Source: a virus (lineage: Duplodnaviria; Heunggongvirae; Uroviricota; Caudoviricetes). From it: a DNA stretch of 15,722 nt. Below the pieces are notes generated by a model. It was not told the DNA's origin. It saw nothing but the letters and a program-made list of their open reading frames with translations, and searched no databases. This document shows positions 1 through 7,883 of the stretch, piece by piece. Where the stretch lies: positions 1 through 15,722 of IMG/VR virus record IMGVR_UViG_2602041549_000013, one strand, 5' to 3'. Each line of letters begins with the position of its first letter. Positions within the stretch are counted from its first letter, which is position 1. A program made the position numbers and the translations under genes.

Positions 1-1059
1 TTATGCTCCGGCTTCTGCGGCGGCGGCGCTGAAGTCGCCAATCTGGATGTTTTCCACCAGTGCTGCGCAGCGGTAGTCCTCAACCACATAGGCTTCGTTA
101 ACGGATTCAAAGTTTTCAATCCGGTCACGTTTCGGGTTGTCGATAACCGAACGGCGGCGGGTGTCCTCCTGCCAGTAAATGGACAGGTTATCCAGACGGG
201 TGATCAGCAGCGCATTCGGCGGGAAGAACGGCGCACGCACGGCCTGCAGACCACCCATGCGTTTCTGACTGATGATCATATCGGCAGCCAGTTTTTCACT
301 GTTTTCCTGCTCTTTGTTGACCAGCGGGAAATACTTGTCAGACAGCAGTTCACGCCCGCAAATCACCACCAGATCGTCATCGTCCTGGTAGACCACGTCG
401 ATAAGCTCATTGACCGCATCCATCACCACAGCGTCCAGGTTGGCATATTCGCCACCTTTCCCGACTTTCACCGCACCCGGTGTGGTTTCGCCGCCCGTGG
501 TGGTGCTGCCCATGACGTGATCCGGTGCATCCTCACGGATTTTCTGCAACCAGCCTTTGTTCACATCCTGCAGCAGCGGGTTTTCACTACGGTTGGAGGT
601 TTTCGCACGCTTCACGCCGTTAAAGCCGATCATGATGCGGTCCAGTGCCTGACGTTTCACGATGGCGTCACGGATACGCACCTGGAAATCCTGAAACTTC
701 GCCCACAGGTCCAGCTTCGCGTAGGTCAGCACCGTGTCAAAGTTGGTCTGCTCGCATTTATATTCCACATCGACCATCAGCGTCGGATCGACAGGTTCAC
801 GCTCTTTCGCGGTGGTGTCAGTGGTTCCGGCAATGGTGCTGCCAACACCCAGCCCCAGCAGCTGACCGGACTGCTCAGTCACTGGCGTGACGTTAATCAG
901 CGTCAGGAAAGCGGCGGACTGCTGGATCTGGTCTTCCAGCGTCTGCTGCACAGACGGCTCCACAGTGAATTTGCTGGACAGTTCTTCAACTGCCACACCG
1001 TTCAGACGCGCCAGCTGCTGCAGGTAAGCGTTAAAAGCAAAGCGGGTATTCTTCTTCAT
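1..1059 (-). CDS. N: major capsid protein (P2 gpN-like), 352 aa
   Basis: Full ORF with ATG at 1059 and stop at 1-3; size and position immediately downstream of the scaffold gene match P2 gpN; recognised from the translated sequence. Confidence 0.85.
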   Translation of the reverse strand: MKKNTRFAFNAYLQQLARLNGVAVEELSSKFTVEPSVQQTLEDQIQQSAAFLTLINVTPVTEQSGQLLGLGVGSTIAGTTDTTAKEREPVDPTLMVDVEYKCEQTNFDTVLTYAKLDLWAKFQDFQVRIRDAIVKRQALDRIMIGFNGVKRAKTSNRSENPLLQDVNKGWLQKIREDAPDHVMGSTTTGGETTPGAVKVGKGGEYANLDAVVMDAVNELIDVVYQDDDDLVVICGRELLSDKYFPLVNKEQENSEKLAADMIISQKRMGGLQAVRAPFFPPNALLITRLDNLSIYWQEDTRRRSVIDNPKRDRIENFESVNEAYVVEDYRCAALVENIQIGDFSAAAAEAGA

Positions 1060-1075
1060 CAGGTTTTGTGCTCCA

Positions 1076-1909
1076 TCAGCAATTGGTCAGAGTGTCAGCG
1101 GGGGCGTTACCGCCTGTTGCACGCTGGCGGTAGTCCTGGCGGCTGTCTTCTTGACTCAGCTTATTCACCAGTTCGTTAAAGGCGGTTTGCTGCTCCTGCA
1201 GAGCAGTCTCCAGCTCAGACAGGCGTTCTTCCTGCTCAGACAGGGATTTTTCTGTGCGTGCGCTCAGGTTCTGCTGCTCAGTGGCGACCAGCTCCACGGC
1301 CTTATGCACATCAGAGAACCGGGCGTCATCGGACTGCTCTTTTTTGGTAAACAGCGCCGTGACACGGGCAAACAGGGACGGCTTGTCCTCCTGGATTTCT
1401 TCCAGTTCGATCACCGTTTCCTCTGCAGCGGTAAAAAGATTGGCGGGATTCTGCTTGCGGTTTGCCAGTGGGTTATGGGCTGCACTGGCGCTGAATGTCA
1501 GCATTTCAGTGCCCAGACTGGCAGGGTCATCAGTGGCAGCCAGGCCGACCAGGTAGGCTTTGCCCGTATCAGCGAACTTCGGGCTGACTTCCATAGAGGT
1601 GAATAATTTCTGGCCTTTTTTCACCAGTTCCACCAGGGACTCCGTTGGCTCAACGTCGGCATACAGCGCCATCTTGCCTGCCAGCGGACCTTCCGTGATT
1701 TCTTCAGCAAACAGCGCCGTCACCTTGCCGTAGCGGTTAAAGGTGCTGTCCGGCAGATAAGACTTGATGTGCTCAAGGTTAATCAGCGCGGTATACACCG
1801 CCGGGTTGTAGCTGGCTGCCATCTGTTCCAGCCATTCACGCTGGATTTCGCGTCCGTCGGTGGTGGCACCTTCCACCCCGATGCGAAAACGCTTTGTTTT
1901 CACTGTCAT
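1076..1909 (-). CDS. O: capsid scaffolding protein (P2 gpO-like), 277 aa
   Basis: ORF divergent from the terminase gene; acidic coiled-coil-like C-terminal half (EQ-rich) typical of scaffolds; position O then N as in P2. Confidence 0.8.
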   Translation of the reverse strand: MTVKTKRFRIGVEGATTDGREIQREWLEQMAASYNPAVYTALINLEHIKSYLPDSTFNRYGKVTALFAEEITEGPLAGKMALYADVEPTESLVELVKKGQKLFTSMEVSPKFADTGKAYLVGLAATDDPASLGTEMLTFSASAAHNPLANRKQNPANLFTAAEETVIELEEIQEDKPSLFARVTALFTKKEQSDDARFSDVHKAVELVATEQQNLSARTEKSLSEQEERLSELETALQEQQTAFNELVNKLSQEDSRQDYRQRATGGNAPADTLTNC

Positions 1910-1987
1910 GAGCCGTGCTCCGTTAGAAAAAACTTACTGGAGCCTTATGGTTGCGGTGATGGGGGCAGTGAAACAATGCGCGGTATT

Positions 1988-2005
1988 TGTACCGACAACC
2001 ACACA
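1988..2005. promoter_or_regulatory. TGT-N12-ACA dyad in the divergent O/P intergenic region; candidate Ogr/Delta-type late-promoter activator site
   Basis: Sequence TGTACCGACAACCACACA seen directly; P2-family late promoters are known to carry a TGT-N12-ACA element centred near -55. Its centre is about 55 nt upstream of a plausible start for the - strand O operon. Confidence 0.3.
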
Positions 2006-2051
2006 AATCGCAGGCGGGGAAAGCCTTCATTCAAGGCTGTAGGTTTGTGCC

Positions 2052-3818
2052 ATGAACACCACACTGACACCCGCAGATCTCGATCCCCGTCGGCAGGCCA
2101 TGCTGCTGTACTTTCAGGGATACCGCGTAGCCCGCATTGCTGAAATGCTGGGCGAGAAAGTTGCAACCGTTCACAGCTGGAAAAAACGCGACAAGTGGGG
2201 TGACTATGGGCCGCTGGATCAGATGCAGCTCACCACCGCCGCACGCTACTGCCAGCTCATCATGAAGGAGCATAAAGAAGGGAAAGATTTCAAAGAGATT
2301 GACCTGCTGGCGCGCCAGTCTGAGCGCCACGCGCGGATCGGCAAGTTTAACAATGGCGGCAACGAAGCCGACTTAAACCCTAACGTCGCCAACCGCAACA
2401 AAGGCCCACGCCGTCAGCCTGAAAAGAATGTTTTCACCGATGAACAGATTGAGAAGCTGGAAGAAATTTTCCATTCCTCCATGTTCAACTACCAGCGCCA
2501 CTGGTGGGAAGCCGGAAAAACCAACCGCATCCGCAACCTGCTGAAGTCACGCCAGATCGGCGCGACCTTCTATTTTGCCCGTGAAGCCCTGATTGACGCC
2601 CTGCTTACCGGACGTAACCAGATTTTCCTTTCTGCCAGTAAGGCACAGGCCCACGTCTTCAAACAGTACATCATCGACTTTGCCAAAGAAGTGGAGGTGG
2701 AGCTGAAAGGCGATCCGATGGTGCTTCCCAACGGGGCCACACTGTATTTCCTCGGCACCAATGCCCGCACTGCCCAGAGTTATCACGGCAACCTGTATCT
2801 GGATGAATATTTCTGGATACCGAAATTCCAGGAGCTGCGCAAAGTGGCTTCCGGTATGGCTATTCACAAAAAATGGCGACAAACCTATTTTTCCACGCCA
2901 TCCAGCCTGACACACAGTGCTTATCCGTTCTGGTCCGGTGCGCTGTTCAACCGTGGGCGCAACAAAGCCGATAAGGTGGACATCGACCTGTCCCACAGCA
3001 ATCTGGCCCCCGGCCTGCTGTGCGCAGACGGGCAATACCGCCAGATAGTCACCGTGGAAGATGCAGTGCGCGGCGGATGTAGCCTTTTCGACCTCGATCA
3101 GTTGCGCATGGAGTACAGCCCGGACGAATACCAGAACCTGCTGATGTGCGAGTTTGTGGACGATCTCGCGTCCGTGTTCCCGCTCAGCGAGCTGCAGGCA
3201 TGCATGGTGGACAGTTGGGAAGTCTGGACCGACTTTCATGCTCTGGCCCTGCGCCCGTTTGGCTGGCGCGAAGTGTGGATCGGTTATGACCCGGCAAAAG
3301 GTACGCAGAACGGCGACAGCGCCGGATGCGTGGTGGTGGCACCGCCAGCCGTGCCGGGCGGTAAGTTTCGCATTCTTGAGCGTCACCAGTGGCGCGGGAT
3401 GGACTTCCGCGCCCAGGCTGACGCAATCAAAAAACTGACCGAGCAGTACAACGTGACCTACATCGGCATCGACTCAACCGGCGTTGGTCACGGGGTTTAC
3501 GAGAACGTGAAAGCGTTCTTTCCTGCCGTCCGGGAGTTTGTCTACAACCCCAACGTTAAAAACGCCCTGGTTCTCAAGGCCTACGACATTATCAGCCACC
3601 GCCGTCTGGAGTTTGACGCCGGATATACCGACATTGCGCAGTCATTTATGGCAATCCGTCGCGCCACCACCGCCAGTGGCAACCGCCCGACCTATGAAGC
3701 CAGCCGCAGCGAAGAAGCCAGCCACGCCGATCTGGCATGGGCAACGATGCACGCACTGTTTAACGAACCGCTGCAGGGCGAATCCGCCAATACCAGCAAT
3801 ATTGTGGAGATTTTTTGA
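2052..3818 (+). CDS. P: terminase large (ATPase) subunit (P2 gpP-like), 588 aa
   Basis: Long ORF divergent from O; size and N-terminal sequence consistent with P2 gpP; its stop overlaps the start of the portal gene. Confidence 0.85.
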   Translation: MNTTLTPADLDPRRQAMLLYFQGYRVARIAEMLGEKVATVHSWKKRDKWGDYGPLDQMQLTTAARYCQLIMKEHKEGKDFKEIDLLARQSERHARIGKFNNGGNEADLNPNVANRNKGPRRQPEKNVFTDEQIEKLEEIFHSSMFNYQRHWWEAGKTNRIRNLLKSRQIGATFYFAREALIDALLTGRNQIFLSASKAQAHVFKQYIIDFAKEVEVELKGDPMVLPNGATLYFLGTNARTAQSYHGNLYLDEYFWIPKFQELRKVASGMAIHKKWRQTYFSTPSSLTHSAYPFWSGALFNRGRNKADKVDIDLSHSNLAPGLLCADGQYRQIVTVEDAVRGGCSLFDLDQLRMEYSPDEYQNLLMCEFVDDLASVFPLSELQACMVDSWEVWTDFHALALRPFGWREVWIGYDPAKGTQNGDSAGCVVVAPPAVPGGKFRILERHQWRGMDFRAQADAIKKLTEQYNVTYIGIDSTGVGHGVYENVKAFFPAVREFVYNPNVKNALVLKAYDIISHRRLEFDAGYTDIAQSFMAIRRATTASGNRPTYEASRSEEASHADLAWATMHALFNEPLQGESANTSNIVEIF

Positions 3819-4855
3819 TGGGAAAGAGTAAGAAGAACCGAGCTGCGGCGACGAAACAGATCCAGCTTAAAAGTCAAACTACAGCCGAAGCATTCAGCTT
3901 CGGCGATCCCGTTCCTGTTCTGGACCGCCGTGAACTGCTGGACTATGTGGAATGCGTACAGATGGACCGTTGGTATGAGCCGCCCGTCAGCTTTGACGGA
4001 CTGGCGCGCACCTTCCGCGCCGCCGTGCATCACAGTTCCCCGATTGCAGTAAAGTGCAACATTCTGACCAGTACCTATATCCCTCATCCGCTGCTCAGCC
4101 AGCAGGCTTTTTCGCGTTTTGTGCAGGACTATCTGGTATTTGGTAACGCCTACCTGGAGAAACGCACGAACCGATTCGGTGAAGTTATCGCCCTTGAGCC
4201 TGCCCTGGCAAAATACACCCGACGTGGATTAGACCTGGATACCTACTGGTTTGTGCAATACGGCATGACAACGCAACCGTATCAGTTCACGAAAGGCAGC
4301 ATTTTTCACCTGATGGAACCGGATATCAACCAGGAGATCTACGGCCTGCCCGGTTATCTTTCTGCCATTCCGTCAGCCCTGCTCAACGAGTCCGCCACGC
4401 TGTTCCGTCGAAAGTATTACATTAACGGCAGTCATGCAGGCTTCATCATGTACATGACCGACGCCGCGCAGAACCAGGAGGATGTAAACAACCTCCGTAA
4501 CGCGATGAAAAGCGCCAAAGGACCAGGTAACTTCCGCAATCTGTTTATGTACTCGCCTAACGGCAAAAAGGACGGACTTCAGATCATCCCATTGTCAGAA
4601 GTCGCGGCGAAGGATGAGTTTCTGAATATCAAAAATGTCAGCCGCGATGACATGATGGCAGCGCACCGTGTGCCACCGCAAATGATGGGGATTATGCCGA
4701 ATAATATTGGGGGGTTTGGGGATGTGGAGAAGGCAAGCCGTGTATTCGTCCGAAATGAGCTAATGCCACTACAAAAGCGATTACAGGAGATGAATGATTG
4801 GCTTGGCAAGGAGGCGATACGGTTTGATACCTACTCGCTAGATATAGCCCCATAA
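3818..4855 (+). CDS. Q: portal (capsid completion) protein (P2 gpQ-like), 345 aa from ATG 3818
   Basis: ATG at 3818 overlaps the P stop TGA (ATGA coupling); the ORF track starts 3 nt earlier at a TTG. Size and position match P2 gpQ. Confidence 0.85.
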   Translation: MGKSKKNRAAATKQIQLKSQTTAEAFSFGDPVPVLDRRELLDYVECVQMDRWYEPPVSFDGLARTFRAAVHHSSPIAVKCNILTSTYIPHPLLSQQAFSRFVQDYLVFGNAYLEKRTNRFGEVIALEPALAKYTRRGLDLDTYWFVQYGMTTQPYQFTKGSIFHLMEPDINQEIYGLPGYLSAIPSALLNESATLFRRKYYINGSHAGFIMYMTDAAQNQEDVNNLRNAMKSAKGPGNFRNLFMYSPNGKKDGLQIIPLSEVAAKDEFLNIKNVSRDDMMAAHRVPPQMMGIMPNNIGGFGDVEKASRVFVRNELMPLQKRLQEMNDWLGKEAIRFDTYSLDIAP

Positions 4856-4857
4856 TA

Positions 4858-4884
4858 AGAAAAGCCACCGTTTGGTGGCTTTTC
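4858..4884. terminator. bidirectional intrinsic terminator between convergent Q and the kinase operon
   Basis: GCCACC-GTTT-GGTGGC hairpin flanked by an A-run upstream and TTTTCTTC downstream, lying between the Q stop (4855) and the - strand stop at 4890. Confidence 0.6.
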
Positions 4885-4889
4885 TTCAT

Positions 4890-5630
4890 TTACTCAATAG
4901 GTTCAAACTCATCTTGAGGAATCAGCGTCGATTGACAGGCTTGGCTTAGTACCCCTGATAATTTACATAATAACCGATAGTTATGAGGAGCATCATCGCT
5001 AATCTTTTCGACCGTTAAAGTGATTGATTTTGGATCATCCAATAACATCTTCTTGATGTCATTACTTAAATACCTAGGGCAGTAACCAACGATTTCAGCT
5101 GGTTTATCTGCACGAACGACAACAGCATCCCCATCGTATTCATTTTGAAGATCCAAGCAAAGACGCAAAATTTGCCCCGGTTTCAATTCAGATACACGAG
5201 CATTAGCTAAGCTATTCAAGTAACCAAGTCCATGTAAGAAGAAAAAATGCTCAAAGTTACCATCAGAATCAAAATCAATTTTTTTGAAAATCTGCAGCTG
5301 ATCAGTGCTTCGTAAGCCTCCCGAGCGAGCAAGAATATCGATAGGATTTACCTTATCTTCTTCAAATCCAAGCCATTTAATGAAACTCGGATACTCTGGA
5401 CGTCTCGGTGATAAAAGGCGATTTTTAAAAAGAGGAAACAATTCTTCCGATACATAAGTTTCACGAACATCACTCATGCCGCTAAACTTTGTAAATTTAG
5501 AAGATTTAAGAGCACCTTTGGTATACCTGAAAACATACCCCGATTTGCGCTCTTGCAAGTTACCAACAACATGCCAGTCTCTGGTATCTGGTGCCTGCCA
5601 TGCGACGTAAACGGAGTTTGTATTAGTCAT
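4890..5630 (-). CDS. kinase partner protein, 246 aa: N-terminal HipA-N/HipS-like region (approx. aa 1-110) fused to a HIRAN-like domain (approx. aa 125-215)
   Basis: Start ATG overlaps the kinase stop (ATGA at 5627-5630). N-terminal VVGNL...YVFRY...LFPLFKNRLLSPRRPE resembles the HipA N-subdomain-1 / HipS pattern; C-terminal LGYL...LKPGQILRLCLDLQNEYDGDAVVV...VGYCPRYLS resembles the HIRAN pattern. Domain calls are from motif memory, not a search. Confidence 0.5.
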   Translation of the reverse strand: MTNTNSVYVAWQAPDTRDWHVVGNLQERKSGYVFRYTKGALKSSKFTKFSGMSDVRETYVSEELFPLFKNRLLSPRRPEYPSFIKWLGFEEDKVNPIDILARSGGLRSTDQLQIFKKIDFDSDGNFEHFFFLHGLGYLNSLANARVSELKPGQILRLCLDLQNEYDGDAVVVRADKPAEIVGYCPRYLSNDIKKMLLDDPKSITLTVEKISDDAPHNYRLLCKLSGVLSQACQSTLIPQDEFEPIE

Positions 5631-6541
5631 TCTAGTAACCTTCTGCGATTTTCCATTACCATTAACGTTGCAAATCTACGTGCACTGTCGGATATACACG
5701 ATGAAGGCACTTGGTTAAACACATCTGTAATGGAATCTTCTGTTAAAACGCTCAACTTACCTAACCAATGGTCGCGAGCGGCAACTCTCCCTTCAACTGC
5801 ATGTTGAAATGCTTCAACAGTCAGCAAGGGCTTTTTATCAGTTTTTGCTTTGAATAGCTCAGAGCGAGCTTTTCTTACAAAACATGGGATTTGTCGATTT
5901 TTATCTTTAGTATTAAGCCGTTCGCTACGCTCATCATCTAACATCTCCCTTCCTAAACTAGCGGCATGATCGTATGTTGGACACAAAAACTGCTCACCAG
6001 TTTCATTGTTAAGCATGATTGCCCAATTTTCATGGTGGCGATCTTGATTACTCACAAGTGCATCGAGCATCAAATATCCACAAAATACATCTGCTGCATT
6101 TAGCCCGGTTAGATCATATACACTCGGAGGAGGCTTGATAGATTCCCTATCTAAACAACCCAAGACCCTTGTGACAGTGTGTTCTCTGACCCTTACCGGC
6201 TTTTCCCCGGCTTGTAAAGGCCCAGGATAATCGAATGTCGAACTGTGAAGCACTTCATTTCCCATTACCATCCGGAAACCAGATGGAATGATATTCTGAG
6301 TCACCACACCGAATCGACCATTGTATCGCGCCAAATCATAGCTAGCATGTGGAATGTTAAGCAAATGACATAACTCAGCAGCACACTTTTCAGACCAATG
6401 CTCGCCAGTACCTGGCCTAGAGTACTTAAACAACTGCAAATTTACAGTGTCATCGGAGAAATAGAACCAAAACTTCTCTTTGGTTCCTAACTGTTCAAGA
6501 TCGTTAGCTACGGGGCTAAGCTCTACCAATTGGTATGGCAT
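5627..6541 (-). CDS. short HipA-family (HipT-like) Ser/Thr protein kinase, 304 aa
   Basis: Gly-rich loop GTKEK near the N-terminus (aa 19-23); catalytic motif D167-R-H-H-E-N172 and downstream LCPTYD191 match the HipA catalytic and Mg-binding aspartate motifs. Region is visibly AT-richer than the phage backbone. Confidence 0.75.
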   Translation of the reverse strand: MPYQLVELSPVANDLEQLGTKEKFWFYFSDDTVNLQLFKYSRPGTGEHWSEKCAAELCHLLNIPHASYDLARYNGRFGVVTQNIIPSGFRMVMGNEVLHSSTFDYPGPLQAGEKPVRVREHTVTRVLGCLDRESIKPPPSVYDLTGLNAADVFCGYLMLDALVSNQDRHHENWAIMLNNETGEQFLCPTYDHAASLGREMLDDERSERLNTKDKNRQIPCFVRKARSELFKAKTDKKPLLTVEAFQHAVEGRVAARDHWLGKLSVLTEDSITDVFNQVPSSCISDSARRFATLMVMENRRRLLE

Positions 6542-6693
6542 CTGACATCCCTGTTTAGCGGATTATGAATAAGTTAGGTTCCATTTTATCCAAACATTGT
6601 CAAATACCCTAAGATTTATTAGATGATAGAGCGATACTGTATGCATGTCCAGCAATCAAATCAATATATAACTCTTATATGGCTTAACGCGCG

Positions 6694-6712
6694 CTCGTAT
6701 CCCCGCCACGCC
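6694..6712. other. candidate cohesive-end (cos) site
   Basis: Reverse complement GGCGTGGCGGGGATACGAG shares its first 13 nt with the 186-type cohesive end as I recall it (GGCGTGGCGGGGAAAGCAT); orientation and position beyond Q are as expected. Recalled sequence, not verified. Confidence 0.35.
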
Positions 6713-6761
6713 TGCCCGCTTTATGTAGTGGTTTTCATGCAGGTGCATGATCTACGCAAAA

Positions 6762-6781
6762 GCCCGCCAGTTCTGGCGGGC
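6762..6781 (-). terminator. perfect 9-bp stem hairpin next to the cos candidate; possible - strand terminator or part of the cos/terminase region
   Basis: GCCCGCCAG-TT-CTGGCGGGC; on the - strand it is followed by TTTTGCG. Confidence 0.35.
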
Positions 6782-7054
6782 CTTAGCAAAAACGATCCTC
6801 AAACGATCATGCAATCTCATGCAGCATAGACATGCACAGACGAGTAAAGCGAATCGGACTTTACGCAAGGTGAACTCCTCAGCGGGTATAATCAGTATGT
6901 CGGAAAATCTCTAAAAATAAATAATTCGGTTAACAGGTATGCTTACAAAAGCATATATTTGATTAAAAATCATGTAAGGGGGAGGATCTCAAACTGAATC
7001 GCCACGGGTTTTGCAAATTTCGATAGTCTCTCTAACGTTTCGGCTGAGGTCAAA

Positions 7055-7480
7055 ATGAAAAGCTTTTACGTATTAATTTTAATTCTGGTTGCAAGCTTTG
7101 TTAGCGTCCCAGTTCAGGCGGTAACAGCTAAAAACTATGAGAAAGGAACTAAAGCTCAACAGAAATCAATAGCTTACCTTTCATGTGCATTCTATGGCAG
7201 TAGCACACAATTAGATCCTAGCTACACGGGGCAAGTACCTACAGCCGATATCAAGATATTACAGAAAGCAGCTTACCACGCTTACAACGATGCGCTCTCA
7301 TACTTAGGCTATGAGGAACCAGATCACGAACAACGCATAATTGATTATGCTGAATTTGTGGCGTCGCAAGAAGCTGTGTTATGGGATAAGCCGGGAATGA
7401 ATGGAAAGCAGGTAACACTAATTGCTCGTTCTCTCTACAATGAGAGTAACTGTAACTTGTTACTGGACTCAATTAAGTAG
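7055..7480 (+). CDS. secreted protein of unknown function, 141 aa, with a cleavable signal peptide
   Basis: RBS GAGGT upstream of the ATG; N-terminal MKSFYVLILILVASFVSVPVQA with AxA-type cleavage site; two Cys in the mature part; AT-rich gene and upstream region. Confidence 0.55.
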   Translation: MKSFYVLILILVASFVSVPVQAVTAKNYEKGTKAQQKSIAYLSCAFYGSSTQLDPSYTGQVPTADIKILQKAAYHAYNDALSYLGYEEPDHEQRIIDYAEFVASQEAVLWDKPGMNGKQVTLIARSLYNESNCNLLLDSIK

Positions 7481-7639
7481 GAAAAAGATGGTATTTTGCC
7501 CGTAGTTTCAACCTTAATCTCCGAACCTGTCGCAGAACGGGCGTTCACTCATCAAATAAACGCCACACCTAACGCCTCACTGTACTCGTTGTTCAACCTT
7601 GCTGACGCCAGAACCAAGTTCAGACGCCAGCAACTTTTC

Positions 7640-7873
7640 TTAATGCAGCCAGCTGTCGTCTTCCCACACCTTCTGCATAATTTTCATCACTTGTTTTCTT
7701 TCTTCGTCCAGTTGCAGTCCGGTCAGTTCCACACCGTTAGAGCTACCTTTGCGGATGCGAATTACCGTTTTGGGATACAGGGGGCGCAGATTGCGGTAAA
7801 GCTCTGATTCAAGGGCGTCCAGGGTAGACTGGTTAATCTTCTGCTCTTTATCGATCATTATTTCAATGCGCAT
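7640..7873 (-). CDS. DinI-family protein, 77 aa from ATG 7873
   Basis: MRIEIMIDK...LDALESEL...YP...WEDDSW aligns with the E. coli DinI pattern; GAGGTG RBS 6 nt upstream of the ATG; the longer ORF-track start at 7945 is not used. Confidence 0.8.
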   Translation of the reverse strand: MRIEIMIDKEQKINQSTLDALESELYRNLRPLYPKTVIRIRKGSSNGVELTGLQLDEERKQVMKIMQKVWEDDSWLH

Positions 7874-7883
7874 AAAAGTCACC

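Noticed and set aside
517-1179. 220-aa + strand ORF (and nested 81-aa ORF at 645-890) inside the capsid gene
   Set aside because: Entirely antisense to the well-supported N gene; composition is Arg/Leu/His-rich, typical of antisense frames of GC-rich coding DNA.
2046-2063. Second TGT-N12-ACA match
   Set aside because: Lies across the P start codon and is generated by ACAC repeats in the coding sequence; wrong position for a -55 activator site.
1151-2330. Several 60-150 aa ORFs on both strands overlapping O and the start of P
   Set aside because: All overlap the O or P coding regions in other frames or antisense; no RBS; low-complexity translations.
2547-3386. 279-aa - strand ORF inside the terminase gene
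   Set aside because: Antisense to gpP, which has clear family identity; likely a stop-codon-poor antisense frame.
6637-6652. LexA-like sequence CTGTATGCATGTCCAG upstream of the kinase operon
   Set aside because: Has CTGT and the 8-bp spacer but CCAG instead of ACAG in the second half-site; too weak to call an SOS box without binding data.
6623-6829. 68-aa + strand ORF spanning the cos candidate and hairpin
   Set aside because: Crosses the putative cos and terminator hairpin; no RBS; composition not protein-like.
7496-7807. 103-aa + strand ORF
   Set aside because: Overlaps the DinI-like gene on the opposite strand; DinI has clear homology and an RBS, this ORF has neither.
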